A program made the position numbers and the translations under genes. From the NCBI RefSeq assembly GCF_044647545.1, contig NZ_CP172818.1: a DNA stretch of 64,000 nucleotides. One strand, written 5' to 3'. The stretch comes from Escherichia coli (GTDB lineage Bacteria > Pseudomonadota > Gammaproteobacteria > Enterobacterales > Enterobacteriaceae). Below the pieces are notes generated by a model. It was not told where the DNA came from. It did not search any database and was given only the letters and a program-made list of their open reading frames with translations. Below are positions 33,052 through 44,084 of this stretch, in pieces (position 1 is the stretch's first letter; every line of letters starts with the position of its first letter).

Positions 33052-33073
33052 AGAAGATAGTCGAATCAGTGAA

Positions 33074-35947
33074 TTACTGGTATTCGCTAATCGGTACGCA
33101 GGAGCAGAACAGGTTACGGTCGCCGTAAACATCATCCAGACGTTTCACTGTCGGCCAGTATTTGTCTGCCACGCCTGCCGGGAATACCGCAACTTCACGG
33201 CTGTACGGATGCGCCCACTCGGCGACCAGTTCGCTCTGAATGTGCGGCGCGTTCACCAGCGGGTTATCTTCCAGCGGCCAGACACCGGCTTTCACCTGGT
33301 CAATTTCTGCGCGGATAGCCAGCATCGCGTCGATAAAGCGATCCAGTTCCACTTTGCTTTCAGATTCAGTCGGTTCAACCATCAGCGTACCCGCCACCGG
33401 GAACGACATGGTCGGCGCGTGGAAACCGTAGTCGATCAGACGCTTGGCAATATCCAGTTCGCTGATGCCGGTTTCTTCTTTCAGCGGGCGAATATCGAGA
33501 ATACATTCGTGCGCCACGCGACCGTCGCGACCGGTATACAGCACCGGGAAGGCATCCTGCAGGCGGCTGGCAATATAGTTGGCGTTAAGAATTGCCACCT
33601 GGCTTGCTTTTTTCAGCCCTTCTGCGCCCATCATGCGGATGTACATCCAGCTGATTGGCAGAATGGATGCGCTACCGAACGGTGCCGCAGAAACCGCGCC
33701 CTGACGGGTTAACATGCCTTCAATTTGTACCACGCTATGACCTGGCACAAACGGTGCCAGATGCGCTTTCACGCCGATCGGTCCCATACCAGGGCCGCCG
33801 CCACCGTGCGGAATGCAGAAAGTTTTATGCAGGTTAAGGTGCGAGACGTCCGCGCCAATAAAGCCCGGTGAGGTGATGCCGACCTGGGCGTTCATGTTCG
33901 CGCCATCAAGGTAAACCTGACCGCCGAACTGATGCACGACTTCACACACTTCACGGATCGTTTCTTCATACACGCCGTGGGTGGAAGGATAGGTCACCAT
34001 GATACAGGAGAGGTTATCGCCCGCCTGTTCCGCTTTCGCGCGCAGATCAGTCAGATCGATGTTGCCGTTTTTATCACACGCCACAACCACCACCTGCATT
34101 CCTGCCATATGTGCAGAAGCGGGGTTAGTTCCGTGCGCAGAAGCCGGGATCAGGCAGATATCACGATGCCCTTCGTTGCGGCTTTCATGATAATGACGAA
34201 TCGCCAGCAGGCCCGCGTATTCGCCCTGTGCGCCAGAGTTCGGCTGCATACAAACGGCGTCGTAACCGGTCAGTTTCACCAGCCAGTCAGCCAGCTGCGC
34301 AATCATCTGCTGATAACCTTCGGCCTGCTCCGGCGGGCAGAACGGGTGCAGTTCGGCAAATTCCGGCCAGGTGATTGGGATCATCTCGGCGGCGGCGTTC
34401 AGTTTCATGGTGCAGGAACCCAGCGGGATCATCGCCTGATTCAGCGCCAGATCTTTACGCTCCAGCGAGTGCATATAGCGCATCATTTCGGTTTCGCTGT
34501 GGTAGCGATTAAACACCGGATGGGTGAGGATTTCGACGTCGCGCAGCATCGCAGGCTGAATAGAGCGGCTGTCGTGAGCCACGTCTTTGTCCAGCGTGTC
34601 GATGTCCAGGCCGTGGTTATCCCCCAGCAGTACGCTGAAAAGCTGCATCACGTTTTCACGCGTGGTGGTTTCATCAAGGGTGATCCCAACCGCGTTCAGG
34701 ATATCGCTACGCAGGTTGATTTCAGCCGCTTCGGCACGCGCCAGTACGCCCGCCTTGTCTGCCACTTCCACACACAAAGTGTCGAAATAGTGCGCATGAC
34801 GCAGTTTCAGACCTTTTTGTTGCAGGCCCGCCGCCAGGATATCGGTCAGACGGTGGATGCGGTTAGCGATACGTTTCAGGCCAACCGGGCCGTGATAAAC
34901 GGCATACAGGCTGGCGATGTTTGCCAGCAGTACCTGGGAAGTACAAATGTTGGAGTTCGCTTTCTCACGGCGAATATGTTGCTCGCGAGTCTGCATCGCC
35001 ATGCGCAGAGCGGTATTGCCAGCTGCATCTTTCGATACACCGATAATACGGCCCGGCATTGAGCGTTTGTATTCATCTTTCGCCGCAAAGAATGCTGCGT
35101 GTGGGCCACCGTAGCCCATCGGCACACCGAAGCGTTGCGCCGAACCAAAGACAATATCCGCGCCCTGTTTACCCGGCGCAGTTAACAGCACCAGCGCCAT
35201 AATATCGGCGGCGACACTGACCACAATTTTGCGTGATTTCAGTTCGCTGATGAGCGCAGTGTAGTCGTGGATTTCACCGGTTGTGCCAACCTGCTGTAAC
35301 AGCACGCCGAAGACGTCCTGATGGTCGAGCACTTTTTGCGCGTCATCGACAATCACTTCAAAACCAAAGGTTTCAGCACGAGTACGGACCACATCGAGCG
35401 TTTGCGGATGAACGTCAGAAGCAACGAAGAAGCGGTTGGCATTTTTCAGTTTGCTGACGCGTTTCGCCATCGCCATTGCTTCGGCGGCAGCAGTGGCCTC
35501 GTCCAGAAGAGAGGCAGAGGCCATATCCAGCCCGGTCAAATCCAGCGTTACCTGCTGGAAGTTGAGCAGTGCTTCAAGGCGGCCCTGGGAGACTTCAGGT
35601 TGATACGGAGTATACGCGGTATACCAGCCCGGATTTTCCAGCATGTTACGCAGAATAACCGGCGGTAGCTGCACGGCGGTGTAACCCATGCCGATGTAAG
35701 ACGTGAAGCGTTTATTGCGACTGGCAATAGCCTTGAGTTCCGCCAGCGCGGCGTATTCGGTCGCCGGTGCGCCAACCTGCGGCGGGGTCGCAAGCTGAAT
35801 ATCTTTCGGCACAATCTGGCCGGTCAGCGCGTTTAACGATTGTGCGCCAACGGCATTCAGCATTTCTTGCTGTTGCGCGGCGTCCGGTCCGATATGGCGT
35901 TCAATAAAAGCGCCGCTGTTTTCAAGCTGGCTTAACGTCTGTGTCAT
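33074..35947 (-). CDS. gcvP: glycine dehydrogenase (decarboxylating), P protein
   Basis: 957-aa product from the [10 protein letters not shown] start; the 985-aa track ORF is an upstream extension. Confidence 0.95.
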   Translation of the reverse strand: MTQTLSQLENSGAFIERHIGPDAAQQQEMLNAVGAQSLNALTGQIVPKDIQLATPPQVGAPATEYAALAELKAIASRNKRFTSYIGMGYTAVQLPPVILRNMLENPGWYTAYTPYQPEVSQGRLEALLNFQQVTLDLTGLDMASASLLDEATAAAEAMAMAKRVSKLKNANRFFVASDVHPQTLDVVRTRAETFGFEVIVDDAQKVLDHQDVFGVLLQQVGTTGEIHDYTALISELKSRKIVVSVAADIMALVLLTAPGKQGADIVFGSAQRFGVPMGYGGPHAAFFAAKDEYKRSMPGRIIGVSKDAAGNTALRMAMQTREQHIRREKANSNICTSQVLLANIASLYAVYHGPVGLKRIANRIHRLTDILAAGLQQKGLKLRHAHYFDTLCVEVADKAGVLARAEAAEINLRSDILNAVGITLDETTTRENVMQLFSVLLGDNHGLDIDTLDKDVAHDSRSIQPAMLRDVEILTHPVFNRYHSETEMMRYMHSLERKDLALNQAMIPLGSCTMKLNAAAEMIPITWPEFAELHPFCPPEQAEGYQQMIAQLADWLVKLTGYDAVCMQPNSGAQGEYAGLLAIRHYHESRNEGHRDICLIPASAHGTNPASAHMAGMQVVVVACDKNGNIDLTDLRAKAEQAGDNLSCIMVTYPSTHGVYEETIREVCEVVHQFGGQVYLDGANMNAQVGITSPGFIGADVSHLNLHKTFCIPHGGGGPGMGPIGVKAHLAPFVPGHSVVQIEGMLTRQGAVSAAPFGSASILPISWMYIRMMGAEGLKKASQVAILNANYIASRLQDAFPVLYTGRDGRVAHECILDIRPLKEETGISELDIAKRLIDYGFHAPTMSFPVAGTLMVEPTESESKVELDRFIDAMLAIRAEIDQVKAGVWPLEDNPLVNAPHIQSELVAEWAHPYSREVAVFPAGVADKYWPTVKRLDDVYGDRNLFCSCVPISEYQ

Positions 35948-36065
35948 GAGCGATGGTTCCTGAAACGTGCAGTGAATTGTGAACCTCTCTCCTTGCGAAG
36001 AGAGTGAGGGTGAGGCGTAAAAGTTCCTCACCCTGATCCTCTCCCGCAGAAGAGGAATAAAGCCG

Positions 36066-36455
36066 TTACTCGTCTTCTAACAATGCTTCGTATGCGGTCG
36101 CATCCAGCAGTGATTCCAGTTCGCTTTCATCGCTGGCTTTGATTTTAAAGATCCAGCCGCCTGCATACGGTTCGCTGTTCACCAGTTCCGGGGAATCGCT
36201 CAGTGCGTCGTTTACCGCCACGATTTCACCGCTTACTGGCGCATAAATGTCTGACGCCGCTTTTACTGATTCGGCAACCGCGCAGTCATCGCCCGCGCTA
36301 ACCGTTGCGCCCACTTCCGGCAGGTCAACAAACACCATATCGCCTAACAGCTCCTGGGCATGTTCGGTGATACCAACGGTGTAAGTGCCGTCGGCTTCTT
36401 TACGCAGCCATTCGTGTTCTTTGCTGTATTTCAGTTCTGCTGGTACGTTGCTCAT
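36066..36455 (-). CDS. gcvH: glycine cleavage system H protein
   Basis: 129-aa lipoyl-carrier protein. Confidence 0.95.
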
Positions 36456-36478
36456 CAATCAATCTCCAAAAAAGTAAA

Positions 36479-37573
36479 TCACGCGACGGCTTTACCGTTA
36501 CGCACAAAAACAGGTTTCGTCACTTTAACCGGCATTTCACGGTTGCGAATTTGTACAATCGCTGTTTCACCAATACCTTCCGGCACGCGCGCCAGCGCAA
36601 TGCTGTAACCCAGCGTCGGGGAGAAAGTACCGCTGGTGATAATGCCTTCATGCTGGTTGCCCTGCGCATCGGTAAAGCGTACCGGCAGTTCATTACGCAG
36701 CACGCCTTTTTCGGTCATCACCAGACCAACCAGTTTTTCTGTGCCATGCTCACGCTGCACTTCCAGGGCTTCACGACCGATGAAGTCACGATCTGCCGGT
36801 TCCCAGGCGATAGTCCAGCCCATATTGGCGGCTAAAGGAGAGATGGTTTCGTCCATCTCCTGACTATAAAGATTCATACCCGCTTCCAGACGCAGCGTGT
36901 CACGCGCGCCCAGGCCGCATGGCTTAACGCCCGCTTCCACCAGCGCGCGCCAGAAATCCGCCGCTTTTTCATTGGGCAGCGCAATTTCATAGCCCGCTTC
37001 ACCGGTATAACCAGTGGTGGCAATAAACAGATCGCCCGCCTGCACGCCAAAGAACGGTTTCATCCCTTCCACCGCCTGACGCTGGGCGTCATTAAACAGT
37101 GTGGCAGCTTTTGCCTGCGCATTCGGCCCTTGTACGGCGATCATGGAAAGGTCATCACGAACGGTAATTTCGATGCCGAAAGGTTCAGCGTGTTGGGTAA
37201 TCCAGGAGAGGTCTTTTTCGCGGGTGGCGGAGTTAACAACGAGGCGGAAGAAATCTTCAGTAAAGTAGTAGACGATGAGGTCATCTATCACACCGCCAGA
37301 GGCATTCAACATCCCCGAGTAAAGGGCTTTGCCGCTTTTGGTGAGTTTCGCCACATCGTTCGCCAGCAGATAACGCAGAAACTCCCGAGTGCGGCTGCCG
37401 CGAAGATCGACGATGGTCATATGTGACACATCAAACATTCCGGCATCGGTACGTACCGCATGATGTTCGTCGATTTGCGAACCGTAATGCAGCGGCATCA
37501 TCCAGCCGTGGAAATCCACCATGCGAGCGCCGCAAAGCGTGTGTTGTTCGTACAAAGGAGTCTGTTGTGCCAT
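36479..37573 (-). CDS. gcvT: aminomethyltransferase, glycine cleavage T protein
   Basis: 364-aa product from the [11 protein letters not shown] start. Confidence 0.95.
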
Positions 37574-37940
37574 CTTGTCCTCATTGAATAAGCGGGGCTG
37601 ACAACTTTTCCATGGCGAAATTATCACCACGAAACCCAGCATCGGAGCCACTCCCGGTCCCCAACGCAATCGTTCTCTTTTGCCTGAACTTACCACCGAA
37701 ACAGACTGTTAACCATAAGGTAAAATTGATCATCACATTAGCTTATGGTTAAAAAATGCAAAAATCGCAACAGAATAAAAAACCAAAAAATGAACAAATC
37801 TCTATATAAAGATAAACAGATGAGAAAGTTAATTTGATTAATGCAATATTAAGAACTAAAAAAATGTCAAAAAACACTAAATCAAAAAATCATGACATTA
37901 GAAAATATAATGCGAAAACGGAGGTGAAATTAGTTTATTT
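37574..37940 (-). promoter_or_regulatory. AT-rich gcvTHP upstream control region
   Basis: About 370 bp of very AT-rich DNA upstream of gcvT; E. coli gcv is known to have a long upstream control region (GcvA, Lrp, PurR, CRP); individual sites not resolved here. Confidence 0.5.
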
Positions 37941-37943
37941 CAA

Positions 37944-37977
37944 ATGAGGAAAATCTCCCGGCGAAAAAACCGGGAGA
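37944..37977 (-). terminator. Rho-independent terminator downstream of ubiI
   Basis: Minus-strand TCTCCCGG-TTTTTTCG-CCGGGAGA hairpin followed by a U-rich tract. Confidence 0.6.
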
Positions 37978-38020
37978 TGAAAGTGTGATGGGTATCAAAT
38001 AAACAACAGAGGAGAAATTT

Positions 38021-39223
38021 TTAACGCAGCCATTCAGGCAAATCGTTTAATCCCATTGCCTGGCGGATAAGTTGTGGTTTAACGCCAGGAAGCGTGTCGG
38101 CCAGTTTTAAACCAATATCACGCAGCAATTTTTTCGCCGGATTGGTACCGGAAAACAGATCGCGGAATCCCTGCATACCAGCCAGCATCAGCGCCGCACT
38201 GTGCTTACGGCTACGCTCATAGCGACGCAGGTAAATGTACTGCCCGATGTCTTTACCCTGACGATGCAACCGTTTCAGTTCAGCAATCAGCTCTGCAGCA
38301 TCCATAAAGCCGAGATTTACCCCCTGCCCCGCCAGCGGGTGAATAGTATGCGCGGCGTCGCCCACCAGCGCCAGACGGTGTGCGGCAAACTGGCGCGCAT
38401 AACGCCCCGTTAGCGGGAACACCAGGCGCTCACTTTCAACCTTGCATAAGCCCAGGCGATTATCAAAAGCGATATTTAACGCGCGATTAAATTCGTCTTC
38501 GCCTGCCTGCTGCATCCGCTGCGCTTCCTCTGGCGACAGTGACCAGACAATCGAGCAAAGATGCGGATCGCTAAGCGGCAAAAAGGCCAGAATGCCTTCG
38601 CCATGAAAAACCTGCCGCGCCACCGCATCATGCGGTTCTTCCGTGCGAATGGTCGCTACCAGCGCGTGATGCTGATAATCCCAGAAAGTCAGCGGAATAT
38701 CGGCTTTGTTGCGCAACCAGGAATTAGCGCCGTCCGCGCCAATCACCAGACGCGCCGTTAACATACTGCCATCTTTCAACGTCAGGAAGGTTTCATTTTC
38801 TCCCCAGGCGACCTGCTGTAATTCTGCGGGGGCCAACAGAGTGATATCTGACGACTGCTGCGCTTTGTTCCACAGCGCGTAGTGAATCACCGAGTTTTCA
38901 ACGATATGCCCAAGATGGCTATAGCCCATGCTTTGATCGTCAAACGAAATGTGACCAAAACTGTCTTTGTCCCACACTTCCATACCGTGATAACAACTGG
39001 CCCTACGAGAGAGAATGTCCTGCCAGACGCCAAGACGGGTGAGTAATTTTTCGCTGGCGGCATTGATAGCCGAAACGCGCAGTTGTGGTGGTGCATCCGC
39101 CGCCAGAGGTTCCGGTACGCGCTGCTCCAGTACGGCAACGCGTAAGCCGCTACCCTGCAAGCCGCAGGCAACCGCCAGCCCCACCATGCCGCCGCCAACA
39201 ATGGCTACATCAACACTTTGCAT
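38021..39223 (-). CDS. ubiI: 2-octaprenylphenol hydroxylase (FAD monooxygenase)
   Basis: 400-aa ORF matching UbiI (VisC); N-terminal GxGxxG. Confidence 0.92.
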   Translation of the reverse strand: MQSVDVAIVGGGMVGLAVACGLQGSGLRVAVLEQRVPEPLAADAPPQLRVSAINAASEKLLTRLGVWQDILSRRASCYHGMEVWDKDSFGHISFDDQSMGYSHLGHIVENSVIHYALWNKAQQSSDITLLAPAELQQVAWGENETFLTLKDGSMLTARLVIGADGANSWLRNKADIPLTFWDYQHHALVATIRTEEPHDAVARQVFHGEGILAFLPLSDPHLCSIVWSLSPEEAQRMQQAGEDEFNRALNIAFDNRLGLCKVESERLVFPLTGRYARQFAAHRLALVGDAAHTIHPLAGQGVNLGFMDAAELIAELKRLHRQGKDIGQYIYLRRYERSRKHSAALMLAGMQGFRDLFSGTNPAKKLLRDIGLKLADTLPGVKPQLIRQAMGLNDLPEWLR

Positions 39224-39245
39224 TGTTTATTCCTTAAAACCGCCT

Positions 39246-40424
39246 TCAACGCGCCACCCACCCGAGGGTGCGCTGCGCCAGCACATCGCGTGCTGGGGTG
39301 AATAATTCCATTGCCATCAGCCCGATGTTGCGCCCGACAACCAGCGGCCCCCAACGGTTGGCAAAAAGATGTACAAGGCTGTCCGTGACGCCGATGGTTG
39401 CTTCGCGATCGCGCTGTCGACGCTGCTGATAACGGCACAATACGCCGTAATCACCCATGTCTTCTCCGCGCTCCTGCGCCTGAGTCAGGGTTTCCGCAAG
39501 GCTCATGACATCTCGCATACCGAGGTTGAACCCTTGCCCGGCAATCGGGTGCAGAGTTTGCGCCGCATTGCCCACCAGCACGGTACGATGGGTAATAGGT
39601 CTGGCGGCGCGGGTTAACGCCAGCGGATAAGCACTGCGTTTACCAGCGTGGGTAATTTTCCCAAGTCGCCAACCAAAGGCCGACTGGAGTTCACGGCAAA
39701 ACTTCTCGTCGCTCCAAGACAGTACCTCTTCGCGCCGTTCCAGTGGATGACACCAGACCAGCGAACAGCGTCCGTCAGACATCGGCAACATCGCCAGCGG
39801 GCCATATTGTGTAAAGCGTTCAAAAGCGCGCCCTTCATGCGCAACGGAAGTCGCAACGTTGGCAATCACAGCCAGTTGTTCGTAAGGCTCCTGCTGCCAG
39901 TCAACGCCGCACACGGTGGCTAACGCTGAATGGGTGCCATCAGCGGCTACCAGCACGCAGCCCGTCAGCGTCTCGCCACTCTCCAGCGTCACTTCAACGT
40001 GACTCTGAGTACGGGCAACGTTAGCCACGCGATCAGGACAATGCAGCGTTACGCCAGGTGCTTTGCGCAGCAATGCAAACAGCCGTTGCCCGACATTATG
40101 CAATTCGACAACCTGCCCCAGCGCCGCCAGTTGGTAATCTTCTGCGGCGAGGGTGACGAATCCGGCATGACCACGATCGCTGACATGCACGGTAGTGATG
40201 GCGGTTGCGCAATCAGCCAGAGATTGCCAGACGCCGATGCGCGCCAGTTGCTGACAGGTACCCGCCGCCAGCGCAATAGCCCGTCCATCAAAGCCCGGAT
40301 GAGCATGTGACTCTGGCGCAGTCGCTTCAATCAAATGTACCGGCAGCGCCCCGTGACTTAACCGGGAAATAGCCAGCGCCAGCGTCGCGCCCGCCATGCC
40401 GCCACCGACGATGATTACGCTCAT
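39246..40424 (-). CDS. ubiH: 2-octaprenyl-6-methoxyphenol hydroxylase
   Basis: 392-aa FAD monooxygenase paralogous to ubiI. Confidence 0.92.
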   Translation of the reverse strand: MSVIIVGGGMAGATLALAISRLSHGALPVHLIEATAPESHAHPGFDGRAIALAAGTCQQLARIGVWQSLADCATAITTVHVSDRGHAGFVTLAAEDYQLAALGQVVELHNVGQRLFALLRKAPGVTLHCPDRVANVARTQSHVEVTLESGETLTGCVLVAADGTHSALATVCGVDWQQEPYEQLAVIANVATSVAHEGRAFERFTQYGPLAMLPMSDGRCSLVWCHPLERREEVLSWSDEKFCRELQSAFGWRLGKITHAGKRSAYPLALTRAARPITHRTVLVGNAAQTLHPIAGQGFNLGMRDVMSLAETLTQAQERGEDMGDYGVLCRYQQRRQRDREATIGVTDSLVHLFANRWGPLVVGRNIGLMAMELFTPARDVLAQRTLGWVAR

Positions 40425-41746
40425 TGCTTTCTCGCAGCAGCCATCAACGCTTCGATTTCTTCCGGCTTTTTCACCACGCTGGCGGTGAGGTTTTCGTTGC
40501 CGGTTTCGGTAATCACAATGTCGTCTTCAATACGAATGCCGATACCGCGATATTGTTCTGGCACTTCTGCATCCGGCGCAATATACAGACCAGGCTCTAC
40601 GGTCAGTACCATCCCCGGTTCCAGAATACGCGAGCGATCCTGACCATAAACACCAACGTCATGAACATCCAGTCCTAACCAGTGGCTAAGGCCATGCATA
40701 AAGAAAGGACGATGGGCGTTCTGAGCGATCAGTTCATCAACATCACCTTTCAGGATGCCGAGTTTTACCAGGCCGCTAACCATGATGCGCACCACTTCAC
40801 CAGTGACTTCCTGCATGGAAGTTCCCGGACGATACAGCCGCAGGCTGGTTTCAAGAGACTCCAGCACAATGTCGTAGATTTCACGCTGGGCCAGGGTGAA
40901 TTTGCCGTTGACCGGGAAGGTGCGGGTAATATCGCCCGCGTAACCTTTGTATTCACAACCCGCGTCAATCAACACCAGGTCACCGTCGCGCAGTTCACTC
41001 TCGTTTTCGGTGTAGTGCAGAATGCAGCCATTTTCACCGCTGCCGACAATGGTGTTATAGGAAGGATAGCGCGCACCGTGGCGGTTAAATTCGTGGTGAA
41101 TTTCGCCTTCCAGGTGGTACTCGAACATTCCCGGACGGCATTTTTCCATCGCCCGGGTATGCGCCAGGGCGGTGATTTCCCCCGCGCGGCGAAGTACGGC
41201 AATCTCTTCTGGTGATTTGAACAGGCGCATTTCATGAACAATGGGACGCCAGTCGATCATCGTTGCCGGGGCAGTGAGATTCTGTCGCGAGCCTTTACGC
41301 AGCTTTTCCAGCGCGCTGTTCACGATTTCATCAGCATAGGTATATTCGCCCTGAGCGTGATAAACCACATCCAGACCATTAAGCAGTTGATAAAGTTGCT
41401 GATTGATTTCGCTGAATGCCAGTGCGCGGTCAACGCCCAGTTTCTCTGGCGCGGCATCCTGGCCTAAGCGACGACCAAACCAGATCTCTGCCGTCAGGTC
41501 GCGAACGCGGTTAAACAAAACGCTGTGGTTATGAGTGTCGTCGCTTTTAATCAGCACCAGCACCGCTTCCGGTTCGTTAAAGCCGGTGAAGTACCAGAAG
41601 TCACTGTTCTGACGATAGGGGTATTCGCTGTCGGCGCTACGTGTTACTTCTGGTGCAGCAAAAATCAGCGCGGCGCTGCCGGGTTGCATTTGCTCCACCA
41701 GGGCCTGACGGCGACGCTGAAACTCTTGCCGGGATATCTCACTCAT
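40421..41746 (-). CDS. pepP: Xaa-Pro aminopeptidase (aminopeptidase P II)
   Basis: 441-aa product from the MSEISRQEFQ start; the 512-aa track ORF is an upstream extension. Confidence 0.92.
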   Translation of the reverse strand: MSEISRQEFQRRRQALVEQMQPGSAALIFAAPEVTRSADSEYPYRQNSDFWYFTGFNEPEAVLVLIKSDDTHNHSVLFNRVRDLTAEIWFGRRLGQDAAPEKLGVDRALAFSEINQQLYQLLNGLDVVYHAQGEYTYADEIVNSALEKLRKGSRQNLTAPATMIDWRPIVHEMRLFKSPEEIAVLRRAGEITALAHTRAMEKCRPGMFEYHLEGEIHHEFNRHGARYPSYNTIVGSGENGCILHYTENESELRDGDLVLIDAGCEYKGYAGDITRTFPVNGKFTLAQREIYDIVLESLETSLRLYRPGTSMQEVTGEVVRIMVSGLVKLGILKGDVDELIAQNAHRPFFMHGLSHWLGLDVHDVGVYGQDRSRILEPGMVLTVEPGLYIAPDAEVPEQYRGIGIRIEDDIVITETGNENLTASVVKKPEEIEALMAAARKQ

Positions 41747-41771
41747 AACACTCTCCTTACGTTTTTTGTTT

Positions 41772-42350
41772 TTAGTGTAGAGTCGGTTTTTGTACTTCTG
41801 GCGCGGTCGGTTGCGGATGAGTAAAGGTGTCGTGGCATAACAGCGCGGCAACACGAACGTATTCGATGATCTCTTCAAGCGACATTTCAAGCTCTTCCTG
41901 ATCTTCGTCTTCGTCGTAGCCCAGCTGCGCGATGTTACGCAGATCGTCGATGGCTTCACCGGTTTCTCCGGTCACTTTGTCCAGCTTCGGTTGCGTAACG
42001 CCAAGACCAAGCAGGAAGTGATTGACCCAACCTGCCAGCGCATCAGCCCGATCGAAAACGCTGACATCATCGCCATCAGGCAGATAAAGCTGAAAAAGGA
42101 AGCCGTCATCCTGCAGGGCATCGCTGGTGGCAGAGTGCATTTTACGCAGTGCCTGTGCCAGCTCATGACCGAAAGCCATGCCTTCGTTCGTCAGGTCGTG
42201 AAGTAGCGGCAGCCATGAGCTGTCATCGTTACCGCCACATATCATCCCACTGATTAAACCATGCATCTCAGCAGGGGTCAGACCCGTCCCTTGTTGGTTC
42301 AGATACTGGTTCATTTCGTTGTAACCAGGCATTTCGTTCTGTATAGACAT
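41772..42350 (-). CDS. ygfB: UPF0149 family protein YgfB
   Basis: 192-aa ORF heading the ygfB-pepP-ubiH-ubiI gene string. Confidence 0.85.
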
Positions 42351-42451
42351 AAGCATTCGTCGTCAAAGGGAGGAATATTCATGATATGCTACCACTTTGG
42401 GCCCTGGTGGACCAGAAAAGGGCTTGTCTCTTCTCATCAGGGTAGCTATAG

Positions 42452-42847
<396 letters not shown>

Positions 42848-42888
42848 CACTTTTCGGTTTACTGTGGTAGAGTAACCGTGAAGACAAA

Positions 42889-43074
42889 ATTTCTCTGAGA
42901 TGTTCGCAAGCGGGCCAGTCCCCTGAGCCGATATTTCATACCACAAGAATGTGGCGCTCCGCGGTTGGTGAGCATGCTCGGTCCGTCCGAGAAGCCTTAA
43001 AACTGCGACGACACATTCACCTTGAACCAAGGGTTCAAGGGTTACAGCCTGCGGCGGCATCTCGGAGATTCCCT
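42889..43074 (+). ncRNA. ssrS: 6S RNA
   Basis: Sequence ATTTCTCTGAGATGTTCGCAAGCGGGCCAGTCCCC...GGCATCTCGGAGATTCCC recognised as E. coli 6S RNA; ends are approximate. Confidence 0.9.
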
Positions 43075-43146
43075 TCTTATCTGGCACCAGCCATGACGCA
43101 ACTACCCGAACTCCCACTGACATTATCCCGACAAGAAATCCGCAAA

Positions 43147-43695
43147 ATGATTCGGCAACGTCGTCGTACGTTAACGCCGGAACAACAGCAGGAAATGGGT
43201 CAACAAGCCGCTACCCGGATGATGACTTATCCCCCGGTGGTGATGGCACATACGGTCGCTGTATTCCTCTCTTTTGATGGCGAACTCGACACCCAGCCAC
43301 TCATAGAACAACTCTGGCGCGCCGGTAAGCGCGTATATCTTCCAGTTTTGCATCCCTTTAGTGCCGGTAATTTGCTGTTCCTGAATTACCATCCGCAAAG
43401 CGAACTGGTGATGAACAGGTTGAAGATCCATGAGCCAAAACTGGATGTGCGTGACGTGCTACCCCTTTCCCGATTAGACGTGTTGATCACACCGCTGGTC
43501 GCCTTTGATGAGTACGGTCAGCGCCTGGGAATGGGCGGTGGTTTTTATGATCGGACCTTACAAAACTGGCAGCACTATAAAATGCAACCGGTGGGTTATG
43601 CGCATGATTGTCAGTTGGTGGAAAAACTCCCCGTTGAAGAGTGGGATATCCCTCTTCCTGCGGTGGTTACACCGTCGAAAGTCTGGGAGTGGTAA
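43147..43695 (+). CDS. ygfA: 5-formyltetrahydrofolate cyclo-ligase
   Basis: 182-aa product from MIRQRRR; an in-frame alternative start at 43093 would give 200 aa; lies immediately 3' of 6S RNA. Confidence 0.85.
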   Translation: MIRQRRRTLTPEQQQEMGQQAATRMMTYPPVVMAHTVAVFLSFDGELDTQPLIEQLWRAGKRVYLPVLHPFSAGNLLFLNYHPQSELVMNRLKIHEPKLDVRDVLPLSRLDVLITPLVAFDEYGQRLGMGGGFYDRTLQNWQHYKMQPVGYAHDCQLVEKLPVEEWDIPLPAVVTPSKVWEW

Positions 43696-43720
43696 GGGCG
43701 ACACACCTGCATCGCCCTGA

Positions 43721-43749
43721 TTGACATCGTTGATTCTTTAACCTAATTT
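43721..43749 (+). promoter_or_regulatory. sigma-70 promoter of sibC (TTGACA-17 bp-TAATTT)
   Basis: Perfect -35 hexamer at 43721-43726 and -10-like hexamer at 43744-43749. Confidence 0.55.
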
Positions 43750-43756
43750 AGTGAGT

Positions 43757-43897
43757 AAGGGTAAGGGAGGATGACTCCTCCCCTGAGACTGACTGTTAAT
43801 AAGCTGGGAAACTTATGAGTAACAGTACAATCAGTATGATGACAAGTCGCATCATAACCCTTCTCCTTCAAGCCCTCGCTTCGGTGAGGGCTTTACC
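43757..43897 (+). ncRNA. sibC: SibC antitoxin sRNA of a type I toxin-antitoxin
   Basis: Antisense to the ibsC ORF; internal hairpins GGGAGG...CCTCCC and GCCCTCGCTTCGGTGAGGGC; boundaries inferred from the promoter and terminal hairpin. Confidence 0.6.
43796..43855 (-). CDS. ibsC: type I toxin IbsC (19-aa hydrophobic peptide)
   Basis: Minus-strand ORF ATGATGCGACTTGTCATCATACTG... translating to MMRLVIILIVLLLISFPAY, the Ibs-family signature. Confidence 0.75.
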   Translation of the reverse strand: MMRLVIILIVLLLISFPAY

Positions 43898-44030
43898 GTT
43901 ACAGCCCCATGCTGCCCTGCCATCGTAAATCCCCATTAAATAAACACAACGCATTGATCTGACTTTGATTTATTTTCTGGAGCAGACTCGCAAAGTAGAA
44001 TGCGCAATGCGGCAACGGTGTGGAGAAGGG

Positions 44031-44063
44031 ATAAAAAAATCGGGCAAGTCAGTGACCTGCCCG
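44031..44063 (-). terminator. Rho-independent terminator downstream of serA
   Basis: Minus-strand CGGGCAGGTCACTGACTTGCCCG hairpin followed by ATTTTTTTAT. Confidence 0.6.
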
Positions 44064-44084
44064 TTAATTTTCAGAGAAGGGGAA

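Noticed and set aside
36479-37696. N-terminally extended versions of gcvT (405 aa), pepP (512 aa), gcvP (985 aa), fbaA (387 aa), pgk (408 aa), epd (367 aa), argP (360 aa), xanQ (485 aa), guaD (479 aa)
   Set aside because: The six-frame track extends to the most upstream start; the internal starts I report give the known protein lengths and mostly have RBS-like sequences, while the extensions run into upstream genes or intergenic DNA.
43816-43929. 37-codon plus-strand ORF (MSNSTISMMTSRIITLLLQALASVRALPLQ...) in the ygfA-serA spacer
   Set aside because: It lies within the SibC antisense RNA and is the mirror of ibsC; weak RBS; better explained as non-coding.
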